DNA from: Candidatus Pacearchaeota archaeon | GTDB taxonomy: Archaea > Nanobdellota > Nanobdellia > Pacearchaeales > GW2011-AR1 | DNA: 60,000 nt | Direction of reading: 5' to 3' | Assembly: GCA_040879785.1 (NCBI GenBank) | Contig: JBBDJR010000006.1 | Span: forward strand, 130,410 to 190,409 | In this document: positions 1 through 9,092 of the stretch, piece by piece | Numbering within the stretch: the first letter of the stretch is position 1 | How the letters are laid out: every line of letters starts with the position of its first letter | Made by a program: the position numbers and the translations under genes | Notes under the pieces: generated by a model | The model's database searches: none | Told to the model about the DNA's origin: nothing | What the model saw: the letters and a program-made list of their open reading frames with translations, nothing else

Positions 1-232
1 CCTGACTTGCATCAAAAGGCCTTCTCCAACCTTGCTGTTGATGGTTTTCTAGATATTCTTCTACCCATTTTTCCTTAGGCTCTCCCCTCAGATGGATATA
101 ATCTTCGCAGGTACCTGTTCTTCTAAGGATCTCCTCAGATGCTTTTGGAGCATAGAATATCCCTGCAACAGGAAGAACGGCTAAGCTTAGAATTGCAGCT
201 TTCTTCACAAGTGATTCCATTGTTTTTCTCAT
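1..232 (-). CDS. hypothetical exported protein, N-terminal part only (gene continues past window start)
   Basis: ATG at 232-230 on the minus strand. The translation MRKTMESLVKKAAILSLAVLPVAGIFYAPKA... has a signal/anchor-like hydrophobic N-terminus. The frame stays open to nt 1, so it is absent from the ORF track. Confidence 0.35.
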   Translation of the reverse strand, partial: MRKTMESLVKKAAILSLAVLPVAGIFYAPKASEEILRRTGTCEDYIHLRGEPKEKWVEEYLENHQQQGWRRPFDASQ

Positions 233-346
233 TTTATATTTCTCCATTTAATTATTTATACTAATAATTAGACTTATATTAATATTATCCCTAATAATTA
301 ACTATTTTCCGCAATATTTATATAATAATAAGAACTTATATTAAAA

Positions 347-1306
347 ATGGATAATAAGGACAAAAAAATACTTTACGAGTTAGATAAAAATTCAAGGGCA
401 ACTTACTCCCAAATATCAAAGGCAACAAGAATCTCTAAAGAGACAGTAAGATATAGAATAAATAATCTCACAAAAGAAGGTGTTATCAGAAAATTTCTAA
501 CAGTAATAAATAGTTCAAAATTAGGTAATTCTTTTTACCAAATAACTTTAAAATTGCAGAATATTGACGAAAAAAAGAAAAGGCGAATAATTGATTTTTT
601 AAAAGATAGTAATCATGTCGCATGGATAGGAAATCTTGAAGGGAACTATGATATCGCATTTATTTTATATATGAAAAACCAGTTAGAGCTTCAAAAATTT
701 GTGAAAATCCTATATGAAAAGTTTAGCAAATCAATAATGAGAAAGACTCTTTCCATAAATCTCAACGCAGAATTTTTTAATAGAGATTATCTAGTAAACA
801 AAAAAAGAACCTTGATAAAAAAGAATTCTTACGAATCTTATGATAAATTCTTAAAACTTGATGCAACAGATAAGAAAATTTGCTCTCTTTTAGGTAAGGA
901 TGCCAGAATGTCTTCAGTAGAAATCTCAAATAAAATTTCTATTTCCGCAGATTCCGTATCTAGAAGAATAAAAAACCTTGAAAAAGAAGGGGTAATACAG
1001 GGTTATACCTTAGTAATGAACCAAGATAAAATGGAACAATCGCACTACAAGATTCTACTCCACTTAAATAATATTTCAAAAGAGAAGGAAGACCAAATGA
1101 TATCTGTAATAAGGTTTAACAACAAAGTTATAGCCATAGTTAAAGTTCTTGCAGACTGGGATTATGAGATTGATCTAGAAGTCGAAAACATAAATCTGAT
1201 GAAAGAATTTACAATGGAACTTACCAATAAGTTCTCGGAAATAATAAGAGACTACGAATCAATAAGAGTAATTAATATGCCAAAATATAATTTTTATCCA
1301 GACTAG
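347..1306 (+). CDS. Lrp/AsnC-family transcriptional regulator, tandem two-module form
   Basis: There are two internal wHTH repeats: DKKILYELDKNSRATYSQISKATRISKETVRYRINNLTKEGVIRKF and DKKICSLLGKDARMSSVEISNKISISADSVSRRIKNLEKEGVIQGY. Each is followed by a RAM-like half. A TATA-like ATATTTATATAA lies about 25 nt upstream of the ATG. Confidence 0.8.
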   Translation: MDNKDKKILYELDKNSRATYSQISKATRISKETVRYRINNLTKEGVIRKFLTVINSSKLGNSFYQITLKLQNIDEKKKRRIIDFLKDSNHVAWIGNLEGNYDIAFILYMKNQLELQKFVKILYEKFSKSIMRKTLSINLNAEFFNRDYLVNKKRTLIKKNSYESYDKFLKLDATDKKICSLLGKDARMSSVEISNKISISADSVSRRIKNLEKEGVIQGYTLVMNQDKMEQSHYKILLHLNNISKEKEDQMISVIRFNNKVIAIVKVLADWDYEIDLEVENINLMKEFTMELTNKFSEIIRDYESIRVINMPKYNFYPD

Positions 1307-2397
1307 ATTTTCTTCCCCATAAGAATCTTCTCTTTCAAATTTTTTATGTCTTTGAATAGCGAATCGACAAAGTTTTCATTCTTAAATAAAGAGCTTAAAG
1401 ATTCCTTATCTGTATTAAAGATATTATCAAGTGTCTTAAATTCATTAAGGAGTATGTCAACATCCTTCTCAAGAAGATTCATCTTACTCAAAATCCTATC
1501 TCCTTTAGGAGCTATGTGATTATCATGGAGATCATCAAAAAGGATTCTCAAGACATTTGGAGTTTCTATAAGAAAGTCAAAATTCATGTTCTTTAACGAT
1601 TCATCCACTTTTTCAGAATCCTGACCGAAATAATCTTCAAGGATGGCGTTTCTTTCTTTATTCAGGTTCTTCGTAAGCTCCTTCAACCTCATACTAACAA
1701 TAGTCCCCTCTTTCCCCAGCTCGGTGAGGTGCTCCTTAACCTTCTCAGACATTCTTCTTATCATCTCCAGCGTCTGAAGAACATTACAAACATCACTCAT
1801 ATTCGTCAAGTTAGTTATTTCCAATATGTTCAAATGAGAAAAAAGGTCATTAAACACTTCTTTCTGTTTTTCAAGAATCTGTAATGTTTCTGCCGCCCTC
1901 CTTAAAACTTCGGAAGTCTCCTCTAAAAAATAACTTTCACCTTTAAAATAAAGAGTTATCTTATTTCTTCTTTCAGAAATTGCGACAACAATTGTATCAA
2001 ATTGCTTAGCTGTTCTTTCCGCAGCCTTATGTCTTGTTCCTGTTTCTTTTGTTTTTATTTTTGTGTTGGGATCAAGAAGCGTATTCGCATAGAGAATTTT
2101 CTTCAAATCATTAGAAAGAACTATCGCACCATCCATCTTAGCAAGCTCTACAAGTTTTTGTGAACTAAACTTAGAATTAATCCTAAACCCTCCTTCAATA
2201 ATATCTAAAATATCTCCTTTCTCAACGACGATTAAAGCCCCCATCCTAGCTCTGAGTATATCGTCAATCGCGGTCCTTATCATCGTGCCAGGAGAAAAAA
2301 TCTTCAATACATCAAAAATACTTCTATTATTCACTTCTTCCTTAATTCTTTCTGGAGAAACAGAACTATTTTTCTTTACCATACAAAAACAAAACAC
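1303..2397 (-). CDS. disA: DNA integrity scanning protein DisA (diadenylate cyclase, DAC domain plus linker plus HhH-like C-terminus)
   Basis: DAC motifs are present: RMGALIVV, GGFRIN, ELAKMDGAIVLS, ETGTRHKAAERTAKQ. These are followed by the DisA-type helical linker (ETLQILEKQK..., ELGKEGTIVSMRLKEL) and a C-terminal domain. The more likely start is MVKKNSS at 2382. Confidence 0.85.
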   Translation of the reverse strand: MFCFCMVKKNSSVSPERIKEEVNNRSIFDVLKIFSPGTMIRTAIDDILRARMGALIVVEKGDILDIIEGGFRINSKFSSQKLVELAKMDGAIVLSNDLKKILYANTLLDPNTKIKTKETGTRHKAAERTAKQFDTIVVAISERRNKITLYFKGESYFLEETSEVLRRAAETLQILEKQKEVFNDLFSHLNILEITNLTNMSDVCNVLQTLEMIRRMSEKVKEHLTELGKEGTIVSMRLKELTKNLNKERNAILEDYFGQDSEKVDESLKNMNFDFLIETPNVLRILFDDLHDNHIAPKGDRILSKMNLLEKDVDILLNEFKTLDNIFNTDKESLSSLFKNENFVDSLFKDIKNLKEKILMGKKI

Positions 2398-2451
2398 CTC
2401 AAATATATAAATATTTATGAAAAAAAATGTAATAATACAGAATTATCTTAA

Positions 2452-3447
2452 TCATCCTCTCGCAAAAGTTTCCGCTACAATTAATGGAAACAAAATCGTT
2501 GCATCTCCGTGGACTTTTATAGATTCTGCATCTTTTCCTTTAACCTTTCCCCATGAAACTGCTTCATCAGGCCGGGCATTTGAATCCGCTCCATCCCACT
2601 CTTCGCCGGAATTTATATACACTGCATAATCCGAGCCGTTTCTCATTAAATTCGCGTTGCAAATATGGTGTTTCATAATTCCACTCCCAAGAAGAATCAT
2701 ACCAGTCTTTTCCTGGGTTATTGAATACTCGTTTAATTTGTGTATATCTCCTGCAATATCAATCTTAAAATCAGGGTTTTTATACATAAAAAAGTGAATC
2801 ATATCTCCCGTGCTTCCGTCGGTAATCGCAGGACAATAAACATCAATATCATTTTTCCAGCACCAATACAAAATACTTCTCTCATCATTTATTTCCTTCC
2901 CTAAAATCTTCACAAATTCCGAAACAGAAATAACTTCACCAGTCTCTTTTTGTTCTCTGTAAATCTTATCTAATATAGGATTGATGAAACTCTCATACTT
3001 AATATACCTCGAGTTGGGAACAAAAATATTCCCCGTCCTGTTAACTCCTTTTTCCCTGAGCAATTCGCCCGAAGCAGAAAAATTCCCAAGCTTAAAATCC
3101 CCAAAACATTTTATTATATCCTCTTCAATTCCTCCCGCAGTTGTCACAAAAACGTCAATCATTTTCTTTTCAGTCAGATAACGAACAACATCTCTTATCC
3201 CGGAAGTTATTAAATTTGAACTACACCCGAGAAAAACAGTAACATTTTCATCAATCATTTTTTTTACTATATCAATTGATTTTGCAAGATGGCTGGCCTG
3301 AAATCCTGTGGACAAATAACTCTTCACAATTTTTTCATAATCAATTCCCTGGTTAAAATCGTAACCTTTTATTGAAATACCTTCTATCTCTTTTGAAGGT
3401 TTTAATATACTTTCTCTCGCAATTTTTTCAGACTCAGATTTTTCCAT
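2452..3447 (-). CDS. dys: deoxyhypusine synthase
   Basis: The full-length match is characteristic: GYDFNQGIDYEKIV, FLGCSSNLITSGIRD, VTTAGGIEEDIIKC, GDMIHFF, NSGEEWDGADSNARPDEAVSWGK. Confidence 0.9.
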   Translation of the reverse strand: MEKSESEKIARESILKPSKEIEGISIKGYDFNQGIDYEKIVKSYLSTGFQASHLAKSIDIVKKMIDENVTVFLGCSSNLITSGIRDVVRYLTEKKMIDVFVTTAGGIEEDIIKCFGDFKLGNFSASGELLREKGVNRTGNIFVPNSRYIKYESFINPILDKIYREQKETGEVISVSEFVKILGKEINDERSILYWCWKNDIDVYCPAITDGSTGDMIHFFMYKNPDFKIDIAGDIHKLNEYSITQEKTGMILLGSGIMKHHICNANLMRNGSDYAVYINSGEEWDGADSNARPDEAVSWGKVKGKDAESIKVHGDATILFPLIVAETFARG

Positions 3448-3620
3448 ATAAATTTAGAATTTATTTAATTTAATAGATTAAAGAATAGGTATTGGCAAGA
3501 CTTCACATAAGTTAAACATTCTGACCATATATTCTGAAAAAACAATTCGTTTATAAAACTATCTCAATACATAAACTCCATCACAAAAATCTTTTTAAAC
3601 ACAATTATTCTATTAAAAAC

Positions 3621-3836
3621 ATGAATAAATGGATTGAACTTATAATCGGAATGATTCTTCTCATAGGAGTTATTCTAGTTGGCTGGGCATCCTCGGCATA
3701 CACTTGGACTATATTCGGAAAAGACCTAAACTTTTTGCACGCCGCCTGGCTGTTCCTTAAAGGAGGAATATTCTGGCTCATCGCACTAATATCCGTTCTT
3801 CTAATAATTCTCGGAATAAACGACCTAAGAGAATAA
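3621..3836 (+). CDS. small membrane protein (2 TM)
   Basis: 71-aa ORF with two hydrophobic helices and no family call. Confidence 0.5.
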   Translation: MNKWIELIIGMILLIGVILVGWASSAYTWTIFGKDLNFLHAAWLFLKGGIFWLIALISVLLIILGINDLRE

Positions 3837-3837
3837 T

Positions 3838-4587
3838 CTATCTTGAAAAGAAAATAAGACTACCTTCTATAATCGCTGCAACAATCAGTAGCGGAAGGAC
3901 AATAAATGCAAAAACTCTCAGAGAATTGATAATTGAAGTTACCATATCTTCTGAGAATTTCTTATTGTTTCTATCAATTATGAATGATATGATTAAGAAT
4001 AAAATAGGTAACAGGATTAAGAGGATGATTAAGAGCCAAAGAGGGACTTCTCTCTGATGATATCTTATAAATTCGTAAAGAAACAAAATTGAATGGTATC
4101 CTAAAAGTAGACCAAGCCCTAAAGAAATAAACAATGCGGGCAACTCAAAAATTCCGTGAGGCACAAGATTCAGGAGTGTAGAAAATCCTGCTGCTCCAAC
4201 AGACAAAGAAGAAACATATCCTACAATATAACCATTAAGAATTGTAGACGCCAGAGGATAGACTCCTAATGCTATTCCTAGAATCATTCCAAAAAAACTG
4301 GCCTGAAGATTATTAAAGAAAATAAAATTAATTAACTCCCCCTGAGACATTCCTTCTGTCTTTAAAAATAATTCCTGGACAAACTCTAATATTTTTTGCT
4401 CAATGTCTGCCGGCGGCGGAACAAAAAACCCGACTGCCACAAACAATAGAAAAATCCCTATCGCTACATAAACAAAGTTCTTTGATTCCTTAACAAAACT
4501 CCAGCTCTGAGAATAATTCTTTTTTAGAAAATTATTATTAGTCCTTCCCTTCCCTAGCATCCCTTTCTTCCTCTTTTTATTTACCAT
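3838..4587 (-). CDS. SpoIIM-like (stage II sporulation protein M family) integral membrane protein
   Basis: Multi-TM protein with NNLQASFFGMILG, NGYIVGY and PHGIFELPALFIS signatures typical of the SpoIIM/DUF95 family. Confidence 0.65.
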   Translation of the reverse strand: MVNKKRKKGMLGKGRTNNNFLKKNYSQSWSFVKESKNFVYVAIGIFLLFVAVGFFVPPPADIEQKILEFVQELFLKTEGMSQGELINFIFFNNLQASFFGMILGIALGVYPLASTILNGYIVGYVSSLSVGAAGFSTLLNLVPHGIFELPALFISLGLGLLLGYHSILFLYEFIRYHQREVPLWLLIILLILLPILFLIISFIIDRNNKKFSEDMVTSIINSLRVFAFIVLPLLIVAAIIEGSLIFFSR

Positions 4588-5255
4588 TATCTAAAATACC
4601 TTCTAATCAATTCTGTTTTTCTTTTATATCTTTTCCTCAAGTAAATACCATACGCCAGTCCTGCAAGAAGCCCTCCAAGATGGGCAGTATTACCAATAGG
4701 AATATTTCCGGCAATAGAAATAAGCCACAACACTGCAAGAATTCCCGGACCCGCGTATTTCATTTTTATAGGAATCGGAATAAACATAACAAACACGGAT
4801 AGATTTGGCGTTAAAAGAACAAGCAATCCAACAAGTCCAAACAAAGCTCCGGATGCTCCAACAGCAAATGTATTAAGATCTGAAGTAAAGACTAAAGACA
4901 TCAAAACAAACAACAATCCCGCAAACAATCCTGAAATCATGTAAAAAAGAAAATATCTCCTCGGACCGATTATCTTCTCAATAAGACTTCCCAGAAAAAA
5001 CAAAGAGAACATATTTACAAAAAGATGAAAAAATCCGGCGTGCATAAACATGCTTGTTACAAAAGTCCATAGATATTCTCCCTGAAGAATATTCGAAGGT
5101 TTTATCGCAATGTTATCTATTGGAACATCTAATGCAATCATGATAGCAAACGCAATGAAAGTTACAACATTAATAAGAATCAGAGTAAGATTTACACTAA
5201 GATAACTAAAAATACTTCTCTTACCCCCTAATGAAAAAATATTGGCTCTTCCCAT
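4587..5255 (-). CDS. rhomboid-family intramembrane serine protease
   Basis: Six TM helices, HAGFFHLFVNM, a catalytic GASGALFGL (GxSG) and a HLGGLLAGL histidine helix. Confidence 0.85.
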   Translation of the reverse strand: MGRANIFSLGGKRSIFSYLSVNLTLILINVVTFIAFAIMIALDVPIDNIAIKPSNILQGEYLWTFVTSMFMHAGFFHLFVNMFSLFFLGSLIEKIIGPRRYFLFYMISGLFAGLLFVLMSLVFTSDLNTFAVGASGALFGLVGLLVLLTPNLSVFVMFIPIPIKMKYAGPGILAVLWLISIAGNIPIGNTAHLGGLLAGLAYGIYLRKRYKRKTELIRRYFR

Positions 5256-5261
5256 ATAAAA

Positions 5262-6155
5262 TTATTTAGATTTCCCGGATTTTTTTACTTTTCTTCTAAC
5301 AGCCCTTCCAAGAATTCCTTTAACATTCTTCCTCTTCGAGACATTCCTCGATACCTTCTTTTTAGGTGCCTTCTTGGTAACTTTCTTTTTCGCAGTCTTT
5401 TTCTTTACAGGATTCTTTATCTTAGTTTTCTTTTTAACCACTTTCTTTTTAGAGGTTTTCTTTTTAGCTGCCTTCCTGATAGTTTTCTTAGAAGTTTTCT
5501 TTTTTCCACTTACAGATTCTTTTTTAATTTTCTCTCTTTCTTTTTTCCGCTTCGCTCTTCCCTCTGCCCTTTTTATTTTTTTCTTCTTTTCTTCTTTTCT
5601 CAAATCTCTTGCCTTAGATTTATCTGATTTATCTCTTTCTTTTACTATCTCCTCCTCGATAAGTTCAAGGTCGTTGTTAATTCTATCCAGATTCTTTTTC
5701 ATTTCTTTTACAACTTTAGTATTATCTTTAAGCGTAAAAATAGAACCACACTCGTTACAAATAAAATCCTGAAGAAGAGCATTCTCTTCGGTCAATTCAA
5801 TATTACATCTTGTGCAAACATAAAATCTTTTTGTTTCTCTGCTATTTACTTGTTTTTCAAATTGGTATTTTCTCCTAAGAAGATTACTTTTAAGAAACTC
5901 CAACGACTTCAAAACTTCTATCTTCCAAAAATAAGTATACCATCCCTTCTTTTTATCTTTCTTTCTTATCGAAGAAACCAGCCCCTGGTCAGAAATTTTA
6001 TAGAGTACATTCCTTGTCTGATTAATTGTTAAGTCCAGTTTTTTTGCCAGAAGAAACTCATTTACATGTTTTTTTGTATGGAGCAGTTTAACTATCTCTT
6101 CCGCCTGTCTTCCGACGGCAATGTTCACCGCCTCTTCAAGAAATCTCTTTAACAT
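5262..6155 (-). CDS. tfe: transcription factor E (TFE alpha) with long Lys-rich C-terminal tail
   Basis: N-terminal winged helix (FLLAKKLDLTINQTRNVLYKISDQGLVS...WYTYFWKI) and a Zn ribbon (CTRCNIE...CNECGS). About 110 aa of KKKT/KKKV repeats follow. Confidence 0.8.
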   Translation of the reverse strand: MLKRFLEEAVNIAVGRQAEEIVKLLHTKKHVNEFLLAKKLDLTINQTRNVLYKISDQGLVSSIRKKDKKKGWYTYFWKIEVLKSLEFLKSNLLRRKYQFEKQVNSRETKRFYVCTRCNIELTEENALLQDFICNECGSIFTLKDNTKVVKEMKKNLDRINNDLELIEEEIVKERDKSDKSKARDLRKEEKKKKIKRAEGRAKRKKEREKIKKESVSGKKKTSKKTIRKAAKKKTSKKKVVKKKTKIKNPVKKKTAKKKVTKKAPKKKVSRNVSKRKNVKGILGRAVRRKVKKSGKSK

Positions 6156-6304
6156 GCAGAAACTAAAAATTATTTAAATAAATACCTTTCGGTTTTGGTT
6201 TATTCGGTCTAAAGAAATCTTTAAACGAGTTAAATTTAAAAAAATAAAAGTTTTTAAACCTGCAAGCCATCATATATATTAGAAAATCTATATTAAAATA
6301 TAAA

Positions 6305-6883
6305 ATGGGATTATTTAGTAAAAAGAAAGAGGTAAAAAACGAGGAGGCTCCTTCGCTCCCAAAACTTCCAAAGTTGCCTGAAATGGATAATTTTAAAGAT
6401 GATTATAATCAAAGAGGAACGGAAGCTCAACAGCCAATGTCCCGACTACCAAGCTACCCTTCTAGTTCATTAGGAACAAAATTTTCTCAAGACACAATTA
6501 AAGAAGCTGTATCCGGGGAAAAAGAGGACAGTGAGTTTCCTGCAGATGATTTCTCTGACGATGATGACGAAAAGAGAATGATGCAAGAAGCTCCTGTAAT
6601 TTCGCCGCGCACCGAAGAAATGGGAGAGAGGTCTAGGAGAATGAAGAGGTTCAAAGAAAAAAGAACTGCAGAACCAGTTTTTATTAGAATAGACAAATTT
6701 GAAGAAGCATTAGACATATTCAATGAATCCAAAAAGAAAATCTCTGAGATTGAAAGAGTACTTGAAGAGATAAAAAAAGTCAGAGAAAAAGAAGAAAAAG
6801 AACTTCAATCGTGGGAAACAGAAGTAAAATCTATGAAAGAAGATATAGAAAAAGTAGATAAAGATGTTTTCTCTAAAGTATAA
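6305..6883 (+). CDS. hypothetical acidic coiled-coil protein
   Basis: 192-aa ORF with a disordered acidic N-terminal half and a C-terminal coiled coil (FEEALDIFNESKKKISEIERVLEEIKKVREKEEKEL). No family recognised. Confidence 0.55.
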   Translation: MGLFSKKKEVKNEEAPSLPKLPKLPEMDNFKDDYNQRGTEAQQPMSRLPSYPSSSLGTKFSQDTIKEAVSGEKEDSEFPADDFSDDDDEKRMMQEAPVISPRTEEMGERSRRMKRFKEKRTAEPVFIRIDKFEEALDIFNESKKKISEIERVLEEIKKVREKEEKELQSWETEVKSMKEDIEKVDKDVFSKV

Positions 6884-6906
6884 ACAATAAAAATAATTTT
6901 AATAAA

Positions 6907-7287
6907 ATGCCTCAAGCAAAATCTAAAGATAACCTTATACATATAAAACTTGACTATTCTGAAGCTTTTGATACAAAAAAAGACCTCCTCTCATTGCAGA
7001 TGAAACTCCTTAAAATTGCAAAAAAAATAAGAGAATATAATTTTTACCGCAACGAGGAAGCGGAACTGAAATCCTTGCTTTACAAAAAAGCAAAAGGTGT
7101 AAGAACAGATATAGGAAATCTGCAAAAAATTCTTCCGAAGGCAGACCTTCCAAAGATACTTGAAAAAGATAAGACCAAAGAATTAGAAATATCATCGAAG
7201 AGCACTAGGTCACCTGACAAGAACATAGAAGACCAATTACAGGAAATCCAGAGAAGACTAAGTGAGTTGCAAGGAAAAAATATTTAA
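6907..7287 (+). CDS. hypothetical coiled-coil protein
   Basis: 126-aa ORF directly downstream of the 6305 gene on the same strand. It has heptad-like composition. Confidence 0.5.
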   Translation: MPQAKSKDNLIHIKLDYSEAFDTKKDLLSLQMKLLKIAKKIREYNFYRNEEAELKSLLYKKAKGVRTDIGNLQKILPKADLPKILEKDKTKELEISSKSTRSPDKNIEDQLQEIQRRLSELQGKNI

Positions 7288-7322
7288 CAAATCTTTTAAA
7301 ACTTTAATTTCTACCTAAATTA

Positions 7323-9092
7323 ATGGATAAACAGATTAACAGAAAGGAAATCATTCAGAAGTATCTTGACTTTTTTAAATCTAAAAACCACAAGACGATA
7401 CCATCCTCATCACTAATTCCTGAAAACGACCCAACAGTTCTTTTCACAACTGCAGGAATGCACCCTCTCGTCCCTTACCTAATGGGTCAAAAACATCCTC
7501 TTGGAAAACGGCTTGCTAGCGTGCAGAAATGTATCAGAACACAGGACATAGATGAGGTCGGGGATTTAGTCCATCACACTTTTTTTGAAATGTTAGGAAA
7601 CTGGTCCCTTGGAGACTACTGGAAAAAAGAAGCTATTGAATTTTCATTTGAATTCCTTACAAAAACACTGGAAATTCCTATAGAAAAACTTGCCATAACC
7701 GTTTTCGAAGGAGATAAAAACGCCAAAAAAGATGATGAATCAGTTAAATCATGGAAATCTTTAGGAATCCCTCAGGAAAGAATTGCATACCTTTCAAAAC
7801 ATGACAACTGGTGGGGTCCTGCAGGTGAAACAGGTCCGTGTGGCCCTGACTCAGAAATGTTTTATTGGTCCTCCCACGAAAAGCCTCCAAAAAAATTTGA
7901 CCCTCGGGACGACAGGTGGGTTGAAATCTGGAACGATGTTTTTATGGAGTATAACAAAACAAAAGACAATAAATACCTTCCACTAAAACAAAAAAACGTT
8001 GACACTGGGATGGGTGTTGAAAGAACTCTCGCAGCCCTAAACGGAATTGAAGACAACTACCAGACCTCAATTTTCAAACCAATAATCTCAGAAATAGAAA
8101 AAATCGCAAACAAAGAATACGGAAGAAACGAATCGGACACAAAGGCAATGAGAATAATTGCAGACCACATAAGGGCGGCAGTTTTTATCCTCGGAGATGA
8201 GAAAGGAATTGTTACTTCAAACACCGGTCAGGGATATGTCTTAAGAAGGCTTATAAGAAGAGCAATTAGATACGGAAGAACTCTCGGAATAAAAAAAAGC
8301 TTCACCTCAAAAATAGCGGAAAAAATAATCTCTTTTTATCCTGACTATGAAGAACTTGAAAAGAATAAAAAAACAATTCATGAGGAACTAAAAACAGAAG
8401 AAAAAAGATTCTCTGAAACAATTGAAAAAGGATTGAAGATGTTTGAAAAAATCGCTAAAGATAATATGATAACTGGTAAGGAAGGATTCCTTCTGTTCCA
8501 GAGCTTCGGCTTCCCTATTGAAATGACTAAAGAACTTGCAAATGAAAGGGGAATTAAAACTGATTTGGAAGGATATAAAAAAGAATATCAAAAACACCAG
8601 GAGCTTTCGAGAACAGCGTCGGCAGGAGCCTTTAAATCAGGTCTTACAGGCAGCTCAGAGCAAACAACAAAACTCCATACAGCAACACATCTGCTTAACG
8701 AAGCCCTAAGGAAAGTAATCTCTCCAGATGTAAAACAAAAAGGCTCAAACATAAATCCTGAAAGACTTAGATTTGATTTTAACTTTCCAAGAAAACTCAC
8801 TCCCGAAGAAATAAAGAAAATTGAAGAGCTCGTAAATAAAAAAATCTCTGAAAGTCTTGAAGTCACAAGCAAAGAAATGCCTCTGGAAAAGGCCCTAAAG
8901 TCGGGCGCACAATCCGAATTCGGAACAAAATATCCTGAGATTGTTTCGGTATATTCTATTGGAGATTTTTCAAAAGAGATTTGTACCGGACCTCACGTAA
9001 AAAACACAAAGGAAATAGGAAAGTTCAAAATCATTAAAGAAGAATCTTCATCTGCAGGAATTCGGAGGATTAAGGCCGAAGTAGTTGACTGA
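7323..9092 (+). CDS. alaS: alanyl-tRNA synthetase, short form (catalytic plus editing domains, no C-Ala domain)
   Basis: Class II AlaRS motifs FTTAGMHPLVPY, RLASVQKCIRTQD, FFEMLGNWSLGDY and GMGVERT. Editing-domain motifs HTATHLLNEALR and CTGPHV. Only 589 aa. Confidence 0.9.
   Translation: MDKQINRKEIIQKYLDFFKSKNHKTIPSSSLIPENDPTVLFTTAGMHPLVPYLMGQKHPLGKRLASVQKCIRTQDIDEVGDLVHHTFFEMLGNWSLGDYWKKEAIEFSFEFLTKTLEIPIEKLAITVFEGDKNAKKDDESVKSWKSLGIPQERIAYLSKHDNWWGPAGETGPCGPDSEMFYWSSHEKPPKKFDPRDDRWVEIWNDVFMEYNKTKDNKYLPLKQKNVDTGMGVERTLAALNGIEDNYQTSIFKPIISEIEKIANKEYGRNESDTKAMRIIADHIRAAVFILGDEKGIVTSNTGQGYVLRRLIRRAIRYGRTLGIKKSFTSKIAEKIISFYPDYEELEKNKKTIHEELKTEEKRFSETIEKGLKMFEKIAKDNMITGKEGFLLFQSFGFPIEMTKELANERGIKTDLEGYKKEYQKHQELSRTASAGAFKSGLTGSSEQTTKLHTATHLLNEALRKVISPDVKQKGSNINPERLRFDFNFPRKLTPEEIKKIEELVNKKISESLEVTSKEMPLEKALKSGAQSEFGTKYPEIVSVYSIGDFSKEICTGPHVKNTKEIGKFKIIKEESSSAGIRRIKAEVVD

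Noticed and set aside
5374-5772. 132-aa Phe/Leu-rich plus-strand ORF.
   Set aside because: It is the antisense reading of the Lys-rich (AAG/AAA) tail of TFE, which gives TTT/CTT codons. It is low-complexity with no independent start context. The same artefact occurs at 19647-19892, opposite the Lys-rich 73-aa gene.
8993-9092. 100-nt convergent overlap between alaS and the 471-aa membrane protein ORF.
   Set aside because: It could hint at a frameshift or fusion, but both frames are intact. The overlapping tail of the minus-strand ORF is featureless. Most likely it is just a late stop codon, so I did not report it as an anomaly.
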